DNA of 64,000 nt from a bacterium (GTDB lineage Bacteria > Bacillota > Clostridia > Oscillospirales > CAG-272), in NCBI GenBank assembly GCA_963643175.1, contig CAVIJF010000003.1:9649-73648 (forward strand), in the 5' to 3' direction. Of the stretch, positions 45,660-55,463 are shown in pieces. The notes under the pieces were generated by a model, which ran no database searches, was not told the origin of the DNA, and worked only from the letters and a program-made list of their open reading frames with translations. The position numbers and the translations under genes are program-made. Each line of letters opens with the position of its first letter. The stretch's first letter is position 1.

Positions 45660-48600
45660 GTGTACCTACAATCAATAGAGCTGCAGGGCTTCAAGTCCTT
45701 CCCGGACCGCACAAAGCTGGATTTTGAACCCAGCGCGGTCAGCGGGACGGACGGCAGGGGCGTGACAGTCATCGTCGGACCCAACGGGAGTGGCAAGTCC
45801 AATATCGCGGACGCGATGCGCTGGGTGCTGGGGGAAATCTCCTCCAAGACCCTGCGCGGAAGCAAGATGGAGGACGTCATTTTCGGCGGAGCGGACAGCC
45901 GCCGCCCGATGGGGTATGCCGAGGTGTCCGTGACTTTCGACAACACGTCGGAGTTCTGCCGGCTGGACTGCCCCTATGACCGCGTGACCGTCACGCGGCG
46001 CTACTTCCGGAGCGGCGAGTCGGAGTACCTTATCAACCGCAAGCCGGTGCGCCTGCGGGATATTTATGAGCTGTTCCTGAACACTGGCATCGGGCGGGAC
46101 GGCTACTCCATCATCGGGCAGGGGCGCATCGCCGAGATGATTTCCCGCAAGAGCGAGGAGCGCCGGAGCGTGTTCGAGGACGCATCCGGCATTGCCCGCT
46201 ACCGCGTGCGCAAGACCGAGGCACAGCGGCGGCTGGACACGACCGAGGCAAACATGGTGCGCGTCCGGGACGTCTTTTCCGAGGTCGAGGCACAGGTCGG
46301 TCCGCTGGCGCGTGAGGCGGAAAAAGCCAAAAAGGGCATTGTACTGCTGGAGGCGCGCAGGCAGGCGGACATCAGCCTGTGGCTGTACGATTCCGGGCGT
46401 CTGCTGGGCGAGATTGACGTGGCTGCCACGACCCGCTCCCATGCGGAGTTCGACCTGTCGCAGGCACAGGACGCCTTGCAATCGCTGGAGGTGCAGAATC
46501 AGCGCCTGACCGAGATGAACCGGGGCAGCCGGGAGACGGCGGGGCAACTGACGGAGGAGATTACCGCCGTATCGGACGGACTGCACCGTCTGGACAGCGA
46601 GTACCGGGTGCGCGAGAGCCATATTCTGCACGCGGGCGAGGATATCGCGGCGGCGGAGGAGGCGACCCGCGCGGCGGATGCCGCCCGGGACGCCGCCCGT
46701 GCGCAGGAGCACGACCACCGGGAACAGGAGGCATCCCTGCGCTGCCGGCTGGCGGAACTGGAGGCGGAATATGCCGCCGGGACGGAGGAGCAGGAAGCCC
46801 TCAGGCGGCGGATCGGCGAGCTGTCCGAGCGCATTGACGTGACGGGGGCGGACATCCGCGCACGCGAGGCGCAGGCGGTGGACGTGCGGGTGCGTCTGTC
46901 CGTGCTGGAAAACGCCCGCAACAGTGGCAGTGACCGCGGGAGCGGTATCCTTTCGGATATGGAGCGCTACGAGGAAACGGACGCGACATTGGCGGCGGAT
47001 GTTGACAGGCGCCAGAAGAGCGTGGACGGGTACACCGCATCGCTGAATCAGAACGACAGCGATCTGCGGGCGGCGGAAAACGCCCTGACCGTCTGCAACG
47101 AGCAGTACGGGCAGGCGCACGAGGCGCTGAATACCGCCAAGCTCCGGCGGGATTCGGTCGCCCAGCGCATCCAGACCTTCCGCTCCATGGAGGAGCACTA
47201 CGAGGGATACACGGGGGCGGTGCGGTTCGTGATGAGCCGCTACGCCGCCGGGCGGCTGTCCGGGTTCGGCGGGGAACCGTGCGGAACCGTGTACGGTCCG
47301 CTCTCCCAGATAATTCAGGTGGAAAAAGCCTACGTCACGGCGGTGGAAACGGCGCTGGGCGCCAATCTCCAGCACATCGTGGTGGAGAACGAGGCGACCG
47401 CCAAGGCGGCAATGTATGCGCTCAAGCGCGAAAATGCCGGTCGGGCAACCTTTTTCCCGCTTACCTCCATGCGCGGGCAGAACCCGACGCCGGAGATGAC
47501 GCAGGCGGCAGGCTACCCCGGCTATGTTGCCGTGGCGGACGCGCTGCTGACCTGTGACGACCGCTTCCGGGCGGTGCTGTCCTCCCTGTTGGGGCGCACA
47601 GTGGTGTTTGATACCATCGACCACGCCACCGCTATGGCAAAGGCGCTCCGCTACCGCGTCCGTGTGGTCACGCTGGACGGACAGCAGATTAACGTGGGCG
47701 GTTCCTTCACCGGCGGATCGACGTCCCAGCGGGGCGGCGCTCTGAGCCGGGCGGCGGAGGTGCGTTCGCTTGCCGAGGAGCAGAAGCAGCTGGAGAAGCA
47801 GGTCGGCGAGGCGGAACAGGCACTGACCCGCCTGCGCAATGCCGTCCGGGAAGCGGAGGAGGAGCGCGATGCCAAGCAGGACAGGCGCGACCTGCTCCGG
47901 GTCATTCTCGGGAACGAAACGGCGGCGCTGAATCAGGCAAAGGCAAAGCGGGACGCGAACCGGACGCTGCTGGATAAGCTGCGCGACGACAGCGACCGCC
48001 TCCTTGCCGAAAGCCGGCAGTACGAGCAGGATATGGAGAATCTGCGTGCGGAGGAGGCGGCGCTGACCGCTTCCATCGGGGAGATACGCGCCGTGCGCCA
48101 GCAGGCGGACGCCGACCGCGGCGATGCCGAGGACGCCCTGAACAGCCGTACCGAAAAGCAGACCGGGCTGTACATTGCCCTGAGCGAGACGCGCAAGGAC
48201 GCCGACACGCAGGCGACCTTTGCGGATGCCTGCGCGGAGCAGGCGGACAGGGCGGAGGCGGACGCGGCGGCGGCAAGGGATCGTATCGCCGCGCTGACCG
48301 GAAACCGCGAGGACTACCTGCGCGAGCAGGAAGAGAACCGCCGCCTGTATGCCGACGGGGAAAAGAAGCTGGCGGCACTCTCGGCGGACAAGAGCCGCGC
48401 GGATGAGGACAGTGCGCAGTACGAAGCCCGTCTGACGGAACTCCGGGAGCAGATCAACCGCAAGTACGAGGACAAGGAAACGCTGTTCCGCGCCTTCACA
48501 ACGGCGGATACCAAGCTGAACGGACTGAAAGCCGAGAAGGAAAAGCTGGACGCCAAGCTGCACGAGGACTACGAGATGACGCTGCCGGAGGCGCAGACCA

Positions 48601-49331
48601 TGGCGGCGGCAATGCACTGGGAACCGGTCACGCCGGAGAACCGCCGGGAGGTGCTGGCGACCCAGACCGACTGCCGCAACCGCCTGCGGGCGCTGGGGCA
48701 CTTCGACCCGGATGCGGTGGAAAAGTACCGGGAGGTCTACGGGCGCTGTGAAGCCATGCGCACGCAGATAGCGGATCTGGAGAAGTCCCGCGCCGAGCTG
48801 ACCGGCATCATCTCCAGACTGGAGGAGGAGATGAAGGTCGCCTTCGCAACGGCGTTTGATGCCATCAACGAGAATTTCGGGAAAACTTTTGCCGAGCTGT
48901 TCGGCGGCGGTTCTGCCGAGGTGTCGCTGACCGACCCGGACAATATTCTGGAGAGCGGCATTGAAATCAAGGCGGCGCCGCCTGGGAAAATCATCAAGAA
49001 TCTGATGCAGCTGTCCGGCGGCGAGCAGGCGTTTGTCGGTGTGGCACTCTTTTTCGCCATTCTCAAGGTAAATCCGACGCCGTTCTGCATTCTGGACGAG
49101 ATTGAAGCGGCGCTGGACGAGGTCAACGTGGAACGGTTGGCGCAGTACATACGGCGTTACGCGGACGAGACGCAGTTCATCATGATTACGCACCGCCGCG
49201 GCACTATGGCGGCGGCAACGCGCCTGTACGGCGTCACCATGCCGGAGCACGGCATTTCCAAGGTGCTGACGCTGGATGTGGCGGATATTTCCAAGAACAA
49301 GGAGGGAAGCTGGAATGGGCTTTTTAGCTAA
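45660..49331 (+). CDS. smc: Chromosome segregation protein SMC
   Basis: N-terminal Walker A GPNGSGKSNI, long coiled coils, a hinge, and C-terminal LSGGEQA and ILDEIEAALD. It has a GTG start after AAGGAG. Confidence 0.95.
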   Translation: MYLQSIELQGFKSFPDRTKLDFEPSAVSGTDGRGVTVIVGPNGSGKSNIADAMRWVLGEISSKTLRGSKMEDVIFGGADSRRPMGYAEVSVTFDNTSEFCRLDCPYDRVTVTRRYFRSGESEYLINRKPVRLRDIYELFLNTGIGRDGYSIIGQGRIAEMISRKSEERRSVFEDASGIARYRVRKTEAQRRLDTTEANMVRVRDVFSEVEAQVGPLAREAEKAKKGIVLLEARRQADISLWLYDSGRLLGEIDVAATTRSHAEFDLSQAQDALQSLEVQNQRLTEMNRGSRETAGQLTEEITAVSDGLHRLDSEYRVRESHILHAGEDIAAAEEATRAADAARDAARAQEHDHREQEASLRCRLAELEAEYAAGTEEQEALRRRIGELSERIDVTGADIRAREAQAVDVRVRLSVLENARNSGSDRGSGILSDMERYEETDATLAADVDRRQKSVDGYTASLNQNDSDLRAAENALTVCNEQYGQAHEALNTAKLRRDSVAQRIQTFRSMEEHYEGYTGAVRFVMSRYAAGRLSGFGGEPCGTVYGPLSQIIQVEKAYVTAVETALGANLQHIVVENEATAKAAMYALKRENAGRATFFPLTSMRGQNPTPEMTQAAGYPGYVAVADALLTCDDRFRAVLSSLLGRTVVFDTIDHATAMAKALRYRVRVVTLDGQQINVGGSFTGGSTSQRGGALSRAAEVRSLAEEQKQLEKQVGEAEQALTRLRNAVREAEEERDAKQDRRDLLRVILGNETAALNQAKAKRDANRTLLDKLRDDSDRLLAESRQYEQDMENLRAEEAALTASIGEIRAVRQQADADRGDAEDALNSRTEKQTGLYIALSETRKDADTQATFADACAEQADRAEADAAAARDRIAALTGNREDYLREQEENRRLYADGEKKLAALSADKSRADEDSAQYEARLTELREQINRKYEDKETLFRAFTTADTKLNGLKAEKEKLDAKLHEDYEMTLPEAQTMAAAMHWEPVTPENRREVLATQTDCRNRLRALGHFDPDAVEKYREVYGRCEAMRTQIADLEKSRAELTGIISRLEEEMKVAFATAFDAINENFGKTFAELFGGGSAEVSLTDPDNILESGIEIKAAPPGKIIKNLMQLSGGEQAFVGVALFFAILKVNPTPFCILDEIEAALDEVNVERLAQYIRRYADETQFIMITHRRGTMAAATRLYGVTMPEHGISKVLTLDVADISKNKEGSWNGLFS

Positions 49332-50748
49332 GCTGTTCGGGAAAAAGAACAGGAATGAAGAGGTGCCGGCGGAGCAGCTGCCGGCAGAGCAGGCGTCTGC
49401 GGATTCCGACGAGGAAGGCACGCTGACCGCCGAGGAGGAAGCAGCCGCCGAGGCGGCGGAGCAGGCGTTCTTCGCGGAGCATCCGGAGATTGCCGGGGAA
49501 GACATCTTAGACGAGGAACTGAGACTGGAGCAGGAGCAACAGGAGCGGGACGCTGCCGGGGAAGCGGAGAACGCAGAGAGCACGGAGAGCACGGAGAGAG
49601 CCGGGGACATGGCAGAACCCGCAGAAGAACCCGCAGAAGAACCCGCAGAAGAACCCGCAGAAGAACCCGCAGAAGAACCCGCAGAAGAACCCGCAGAAGA
49701 ACCCGCAGAAGAACCCGCGGAAGAACCCGCGGAAGAACCCGCGGAAGAGTCCGCGGAAGAGCCGACAGAAGAGCCAGTGGAGCCCGAACCGGCGGATATG
49801 CCTGCCGAGGCAGTAGCCGCCGAGGATACGACTACCAAGAAGTCGTTCTGGGGGCGCCTCAGGGCGGGACTGACCAAGACGCGCAACGCGCTGTTCGCCC
49901 CGGTGGACAGTCTGCTCAAGAGCTTTACCAAGGTGGACGAGGAGCTTCTGGAGGAGTTGGAGGAGATTCTCATCAGCGCCGATGTGGGTATGGGCGCGAC
50001 CGAGGAGATACTGGATCAGCTCCGTGCGCGCATCAAGGACGGGCGGCTCCGGGAAAAGGAGCAGGTCATGGACGCACTGCGCGAAATCATGACCGGCATG
50101 ATAGGGGAGAGCCAGCCCCTGCGCCTTGAGACATGCCCCAGCGTGATTCTGGTCATCGGCGTCAACGGCGCCGGCAAAACGACCTCCATCGGCAAGATTT
50201 CCAAGCGGCTGAAACTGCAGGGCAAGCGGGTTGTCGTGGCGGCGGCGGATACCTTCCGCGCGGCGGCGATTGACCAGCTGGCGGTCTGGTGCGAGCGTGC
50301 CGGCGTCGAGATGGTGAAGCAGAGCGAGGGCAGCGACCCTGCCGCCGTGGTGTTCGACGCCATCGCGGTTGCCAGAAAGCGTGCGGCAGACGTGCTGATT
50401 ATCGACACCGCCGGACGTCTGCAGAACAAGAAGAACCTGATGAACGAGCTTGCCAAGATTGACCGCGTTATCGACCGGGAGCTGCCGGGAGCCAGCCGGG
50501 AAACCCTGCTGGTGCTGGACGCGACCACGGGACAGAACGCCGTTTCGCAGGCTAAGGAGTTCAGTCAGGCGTCAAAGATTACCGGCATTACGCTGAACAA
50601 ACTGGATGGCACCGCCAAGGGCGGCATCGTCATCGCCATCCGGCAGGAGCTGGGCATTCCGGTCAAATTCATCGGCGTGGGCGAGAAGATCGACGATATG
50701 CAGGAGTTTGACGCGGCGGACTTCGTCCGGGCACTGTTCGGGGAATGA
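49315..50748 (+). CDS. ftsY: Signal recognition particle receptor FtsY with repetitive acidic A-domain
   Basis: NG domain motifs GVNGAGKTTS, DTAGRL and NKLDGT. The ATG at 49315 overlaps the smc 3' end. Confidence 0.93.
   Translation: MGFLAKLFGKKNRNEEVPAEQLPAEQASADSDEEGTLTAEEEAAAEAAEQAFFAEHPEIAGEDILDEELRLEQEQQERDAAGEAENAESTESTERAGDMAEPAEEPAEEPAEEPAEEPAEEPAEEPAEEPAEEPAEEPAEEPAEESAEEPTEEPVEPEPADMPAEAVAAEDTTTKKSFWGRLRAGLTKTRNALFAPVDSLLKSFTKVDEELLEELEEILISADVGMGATEEILDQLRARIKDGRLREKEQVMDALREIMTGMIGESQPLRLETCPSVILVIGVNGAGKTTSIGKISKRLKLQGKRVVVAAADTFRAAAIDQLAVWCERAGVEMVKQSEGSDPAAVVFDAIAVARKRAADVLIIDTAGRLQNKKNLMNELAKIDRVIDRELPGASRETLLVLDATTGQNAVSQAKEFSQASKITGITLNKLDGTAKGGIVIAIRQELGIPVKFIGVGEKIDDMQEFDAADFVRALFGE
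49612..49776 (+). repeat. 12-bp coding tandem repeat (GCAGAAGAACCC)n encoding (AEEP)n in FtsY
   Basis: Eight perfect units, two units with a single A-to-G change, three degenerate units and a partial leading unit. Confidence 0.95.
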
Positions 50749-50751
50749 GCC

Positions 50752-51756
50752 ATGGCAGAGAACGGAATGCACTTTCTGCTTGCTTCCCGCAACCGGCATA
50801 AAATCCGCGAGCTGGAGGATATTCTGGCGGCGGATCTGCCCGGCGTCACGGTCCATTCGCTGGACGAGGTCGGCTTTTCCGGGGATATAGACGAGAACGG
50901 CACGACTTTTGACGCGAACGCAGGCATCAAGGCGCGTGCGGCACGCGCCGCGGCGCTGGCGGCGGGGCATCCCGACTGGTACTGTCTGGGCGACGATTCC
51001 GGACTTGCCGTGGATGCGCTGGACGGCGCACCGGGCGTGTACTCCGCACGGTTTGCCGGACAGCACGGCGACGATGCCGCCAACAACGCCCTGCTTCTGC
51101 GGAAGCTGTCCGGTGTCCCGGCGGCGGAGCGCGGGGCGCACTTCCTCTGCTGTATTGCCTGCATCACGCCGGACGGGCGCGAACTGACGGTCTGGGGCGA
51201 CTGCCCCGGCGTCATACTGGATGCCCCGCGCGGGCAGGACGGCTTCGGCTACGACCCGCTGTTTTATCTCCCCGACGCGGGCATGACCTTTGCGGAGCTG
51301 AGCGGCACACGCAAGAACGCCGTCAGCCACCGGGGACGGGCGCTCGCCGCATTGGCGGACGCGCTCAGCGATTTTTCGGAACACACTGACAAGACGAAAG
51401 GAAACCTTATGTCCAACCTGTACACATCCTACCCAACCCCCGCCCCGCTGACCTCTGCCGCACGCGCGTACCTGCGCAGTCTGGCGGCGGATATGAGTCC
51501 GGTGACGCAGATCGGCAAGGGCGGTCTGACCGAAAACCTGACCGCCACGGTCTCCGATGCGCTGGAGGCGCGGGAGCTTATCAAGCTGTCCGTGCTGGAA
51601 ACCGCCGACTGCACCGCTCGTGAAGCCGCTGAGGCACTGGCGGAGCAACTGCGGGCAACCGTGGTTGCCGTCATCGGCAGAAAGATTATCCTGTTCCGCC
51701 GCCCACTGAATAAGAAGAACCGGCGCATTGAACTGCCCGGAGGAGGTGCCCTATGA
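50752..51756 (+). CDS. RdgB/HAM1 non-canonical purine NTP pyrophosphatase fused in frame to a YhbY-like CRM-domain RNA-binding protein
   Basis: Residues 1-210 carry FLLASRNRHKIRE, GDDSGLAVDALDGAPGVYSAR, GFGYDPLF and SHRG. Residues 230-330 carry LTSAARAYLRSLAADMSPVTQIGKGGLT...LIKLSVL...VIGRKIILFR. No stop codon lies between the two parts. Confidence 0.8.
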   Translation: MAENGMHFLLASRNRHKIRELEDILAADLPGVTVHSLDEVGFSGDIDENGTTFDANAGIKARAARAAALAAGHPDWYCLGDDSGLAVDALDGAPGVYSARFAGQHGDDAANNALLLRKLSGVPAAERGAHFLCCIACITPDGRELTVWGDCPGVILDAPRGQDGFGYDPLFYLPDAGMTFAELSGTRKNAVSHRGRALAALADALSDFSEHTDKTKGNLMSNLYTSYPTPAPLTSAARAYLRSLAADMSPVTQIGKGGLTENLTATVSDALEARELIKLSVLETADCTAREAAEALAEQLRATVVAVIGRKIILFRRPLNKKNRRIELPGGGAL

Positions 51757-52445
51757 GGGCGATTGCAACACGCATTGCAACCCGCGCGGTGGTGCTGTGT
51801 CTTGCCGTTCTGCTCGCCTGCGGTCTGTTTGCCGGGTGCTCCGGAACCAACCCGCAGTCGGTACTGTACCGTCGCGGTATGAGCGTTGTCTATACCATGT
51901 GTGACATGGCAAGCTCCGATTATCCGCGCTTGCTGTACGGAGAGAAAGCGGCGGATATGCTGGATAAGACGCAGGAGGACGGCACGACTCTCCGCGGGCA
52001 GATGGACGCGGCACACTACAAGACCGCAGACGCTGTGTTTTTGCTCGATGCGACAGTGCCGATGTCGGACGGCACCACGGACGGTCTGTCGGAGGAATTG
52101 CAGGAGCTGTACAGGATTCAGTCTGCCGTGGGGCTTTCCGGTTACCTGTCCCTGAACGCGGGGGCGGACAGTGACCGGATATCGCTGTCTGCTATGCTGA
52201 CAGCAACCGAGCTGTTTACCTGCGAAGGCATCCGCGAGAATACGGTTTTCCATTACCTGTATGTGTTTCAGGAGGGGCTGCCCGTTATCGTCACCTACCA
52301 CGTGGGACGTGACGGAGCGGTGCAGGCAACGGGAAAATTCATGACCAACAAGGAACTGAACCTGACCTCGGAGGAGGAACTGACGGATTACATCGCGAGG
52401 AATTACAGCGTACTCCGGAATGTGACCGTGGAGCAGGTGCGCTGA
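51753..52445 (+). CDS. Hypothetical lipoprotein
   Basis: Signal peptide with lipobox LFAGC. The ATGA start/stop overlaps the previous gene. Confidence 0.65.
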   Translation: MRAIATRIATRAVVLCLAVLLACGLFAGCSGTNPQSVLYRRGMSVVYTMCDMASSDYPRLLYGEKAADMLDKTQEDGTTLRGQMDAAHYKTADAVFLLDATVPMSDGTTDGLSEELQELYRIQSAVGLSGYLSLNAGADSDRISLSAMLTATELFTCEGIRENTVFHYLYVFQEGLPVIVTYHVGRDGAVQATGKFMTNKELNLTSEEELTDYIARNYSVLRNVTVEQVR

Positions 52446-52449
52446 CGGT

Positions 52450-53088
52450 ATGCGTATCGGAATCTTCGGCGGAACCTTTTCGCCGGTACACAACGGGCAT
52501 ATGGCGGCGGCGCACGCCTTCATGGAGAAAATGTGGCTGGATGTGCTGTACGTCATTCCGACAGCCCTGCCGCCGCACAAACAGCTGCACGGGGACGCCG
52601 ACGCCGCAGACCGGCTGGAGATGCTGCGCCGGGCGTTTGCGGGCACGGACGGGGTTATTGTCAGCGACATGGAAATCCGCCGGGGCGGGCGCAGCTACAC
52701 CGTGGACACCCTGCGGCAGATGAGCACCGGTCTGCACGGGGACGACAGGCTGTTCCTGCTGCTGGGAACGGATATGCTGCTGTCCTTTGACAGCTGGCGG
52801 GAGCCGGGCGAGATATTCCGGCTATGCTGGCCGGTATACATCCGCCGCGAGACCGACGCGGCGCTGGACGGCGAGATAATCCGGCGGATTGCACGCTACC
52901 GGGCGGAGTACGGCAAGACGGTCTGCCGCATTGACGCGCCGGCGCTGGAGGTGTCCTCCACGGACATCCGGCGGGCGGTCGCCGCAGGGCAGTCCGTGGA
53001 CGGCATGGTGCCGCCTGCCGTGGCGGCGTACATCCGGGAAAAGAACCTGTACAGGGAAGGGGACAGAACGTATGACGAAGCAAAATGA
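52450..53088 (+). CDS. nadD: Nicotinate-nucleotide adenylyltransferase
   Basis: MRIGIFGGTFSPVHNGH (HxGH motif) and a C-terminal SSTDIR. Confidence 0.92.
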   Translation: MRIGIFGGTFSPVHNGHMAAAHAFMEKMWLDVLYVIPTALPPHKQLHGDADAADRLEMLRRAFAGTDGVIVSDMEIRRGGRSYTVDTLRQMSTGLHGDDRLFLLLGTDMLLSFDSWREPGEIFRLCWPVYIRRETDAALDGEIIRRIARYRAEYGKTVCRIDAPALEVSSTDIRRAVAAGQSVDGMVPPAVAAYIREKNLYREGDRTYDEAK

Positions 53089-53743
53089 CCGGGACGTTCC
53101 GGCGTCCGGCAGTATCGACCGGGTAATGCTGGACGGACTGGCGGCGGAGGTCGCCGCATCGGGGCTGTCGCCCAAGCGCCTGCGGCACATACTGGCGGTG
53201 CGGGACATGGCGGCGCGGCTGGCAGAACTGTACTGCCCGGAGGACGCGGAAATCCTGCAGGCGGCGGCACTGCTGCACGACATCACCAAGGAGCTGTCCG
53301 TGGAGGATCAGTTTGCGCTGTGCGGGCGGTTCGGGATTCCCCGGACGCGGGGGGACGTGCTGACGCCCAAGTGCTTCCACGCCATGACGGCTGCCGCGCT
53401 GATTCCGGAACGCTACCCGGCGTTTGCGGATCCGCGCATCGTGTCGGCGGTACGCTGGCACACGACGGGGCGCTCCGGCATGACGCTGGATGAAAAACTG
53501 CTCTATCTGGCAGACTATATCGACGAGAGCCGCACCTTCCCGGACTGCGTGACATTGCGGAACCTGTTCTGGAACGCGCACCCGGAGCAGATGGATATGC
53601 CGGCACGGTTGGCGCACCTGCGCACCGTGCTGATTATGTCCTACGACATGACCGTGGCGGGACTGATCCGGGAGGGCGTCCCGGTCAGCCCGGACACCTT
53701 CCTTGCCCGCAACGAACTGCTCTGCGAGCAGAACAACCTGTGA
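53072..53743 (+). CDS. yqeK: HD-domain bis(5'-nucleosyl)-tetraphosphatase YqeK
   Basis: RLRHILAVRDMA...AALLHDITKE HD motif. It occupies the conserved position after nadD. An alternative start lies at 53126. Confidence 0.85.
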   Translation: MTKQNDRDVPASGSIDRVMLDGLAAEVAASGLSPKRLRHILAVRDMAARLAELYCPEDAEILQAAALLHDITKELSVEDQFALCGRFGIPRTRGDVLTPKCFHAMTAAALIPERYPAFADPRIVSAVRWHTTGRSGMTLDEKLLYLADYIDESRTFPDCVTLRNLFWNAHPEQMDMPARLAHLRTVLIMSYDMTVAGLIREGVPVSPDTFLARNELLCEQNNL

Positions 53744-53760
53744 ATGAATAGGAGTATGTA

Positions 53761-54153
53761 ATGGAAAACATCAATTTGCAGAATATGCAGACCGCTCCCG
53801 GAACCGAGGAGCGCCCGGAGCCGCTGACCGGCGCCGAGTCCGGCACGCTTGCCAACGCCATCGCCCATTTTCTGGACGCCAAGAAGGCGCGGGATATACG
53901 CATCATCAACATGAAGAACAAGACCGACATCTGCGACTATATGGTGCTGGCGACAGGTACCTCCTCCACGCACGTCCAGACGTTGGGCGGCGAGGTGGAG
54001 TATCAGATGAGCCTCCGGGGCGTGGAGCCGCTCCATGTGGAGGGGCGCGACAACCGCAACTGGCTGGTGCTGGATTACGCGCACGTGCTGGTGCACGTGT
54101 TCACCAAGGACACGCGGGAATTTTACAATCTGGAAAAACTGTACGCAGACTGA
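53761..54153 (+). CDS. rsfS: Ribosome silencing factor RsfS
   Basis: ICDYMVLATGTSSTHVQTL...WLVLDYAHVLVHVFTKDTREFYNLEKLY. Confidence 0.92.
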   Translation: MENINLQNMQTAPGTEERPEPLTGAESGTLANAIAHFLDAKKARDIRIINMKNKTDICDYMVLATGTSSTHVQTLGGEVEYQMSLRGVEPLHVEGRDNRNWLVLDYAHVLVHVFTKDTREFYNLEKLYAD

Positions 54154-54202
54154 CCGTTCCGGTCGTGCTCTGCCATCACACACAGGAGGAGAAGAAAACC
54201 GT

Positions 54203-54694
54203 ATGGGACAGCGCGTTTCAAAGGATAACTACTACCTTGACATCGCCCGGACCGTCGCGGAGCGCAGCACCTGCCTGCGCCGCCGGTTCGGCGCCATCAT
54301 CGTCCGGAATGATGCCATCATCTCAACCGGCTATAACGGCGCCCCGCGCGGACGCAAAAACTGCGACGACATGGGTTTCTGTATGCGTACCCACCTGAAC
54401 ATACCCCGGGGGGAGCGGTACGAACTGTGCCGATCGGTTCATGCGGAGGCGAATGCCATCATCAATGCCGCACGTGACCAGATGCTGGGCGCGACGCTGT
54501 ACATGGTGTGCGTCAACCCGGCGGACGGGACGCTGTACGCGGGAACCAACAGCTGCTCCATGTGCAAGCGGCAGATTATCAACGCGGGTATCGAGCGCGT
54601 CATCATCCGGGATACGCCGGAGGAGTACCGCGTCATCCGCGTCAGCGACTGGATTGAGGATGACGATTCACTGACCGGCGTTTTCGGGTACTGA
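54203..54694 (+). CDS. dCMP/cytidine deaminase family zinc enzyme (ComEB-like)
   Basis: Zinc motifs VHAEANAI and SCSMCKRQI. RBS is CAGGAGGAGAAG. Confidence 0.85.
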   Translation: MGQRVSKDNYYLDIARTVAERSTCLRRRFGAIIVRNDAIISTGYNGAPRGRKNCDDMGFCMRTHLNIPRGERYELCRSVHAEANAIINAARDQMLGATLYMVCVNPADGTLYAGTNSCSMCKRQIINAGIERVIIRDTPEEYRVIRVSDWIEDDDSLTGVFGY

Positions 54695-54730
54695 CAGGGA
54701 AAACGAAAAGCGAAGGGAAGAGATGCGCGT

Positions 54731-55459
54731 ATGAAAAGAACGGGATTCCGGCGCACGGCAGCGCTGGCGCTGGCATTGATTCTGTCCGTCGGGACGGGGC
54801 TTACCGGGTGCGGCGAGCGGCTTCAGGAAGCGGGCGGCGTCGTCCGGACGCAGGACGGGGAGAGAACCTACCGTCATGCCTCCACAACCTATGAGGCGGT
54901 GGAAGTCGGAAAGAAAATCGGGACGCTGACCGACACGGGCGGCGGTTCCGGCACGGTGTATGCCATTGAGGAACTTTCCGCGGATGAATGGCTGGTCACG
55001 GAGGACGGATATGTCCTGTATGCGGACGGCGTTCACCTGCCGACGCTGACCGAAATGAATCCGGAAGCCATGCAGGTCTGCGCCTACCGACAGTCGATTC
55101 ACGTCCTGCGCACCGTGACGGACGCGGACATCCTGACCGATGCCGTGCGTGCGTACACGGAGGGAACGAATGTAGAGTATCTGGGGCTGGAGGCACAGCA
55201 CTCCTACAAGCTGCGCTTTACTTCTGCGGCGTATCCGTCGCTGTACTTCTCCCTGCTGTATATCGAGTACGGCGAGGATATGGTGCTGGACGGCGTAAAC
55301 TACGGCAGGTACTTCCTGCGCGGCGTCTTTGACGGCAGATTCGTGGCGGTCGGGGACGGACTGCACCGGCTGATGTTCGGCAGTGATGAAACAACGGATG
55401 CCGCGGCTTCCGCCACGGAGACCGGAAGCCAGCCGGAAAGCGAAGGGAACGGAGGGTAA
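54731..55459 (+). CDS. Hypothetical lipoprotein
   Basis: Signal peptide with lipobox LTGC. I recognise no family. Confidence 0.6.
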   Translation: MKRTGFRRTAALALALILSVGTGLTGCGERLQEAGGVVRTQDGERTYRHASTTYEAVEVGKKIGTLTDTGGGSGTVYAIEELSADEWLVTEDGYVLYADGVHLPTLTEMNPEAMQVCAYRQSIHVLRTVTDADILTDAVRAYTEGTNVEYLGLEAQHSYKLRFTSAAYPSLYFSLLYIEYGEDMVLDGVNYGRYFLRGVFDGRFVAVGDGLHRLMFGSDETTDAAASATETGSQPESEGNGG

Positions 55460-55463
55460 GCAT

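Noticed and set aside
49612-49776. Possibility that the 12-bp tandem array is a CRISPR-like or non-coding satellite.
   Set aside because: The units are contiguous with no spacers. They lie in frame inside ftsY and encode the acidic (AEEP)n A-domain.
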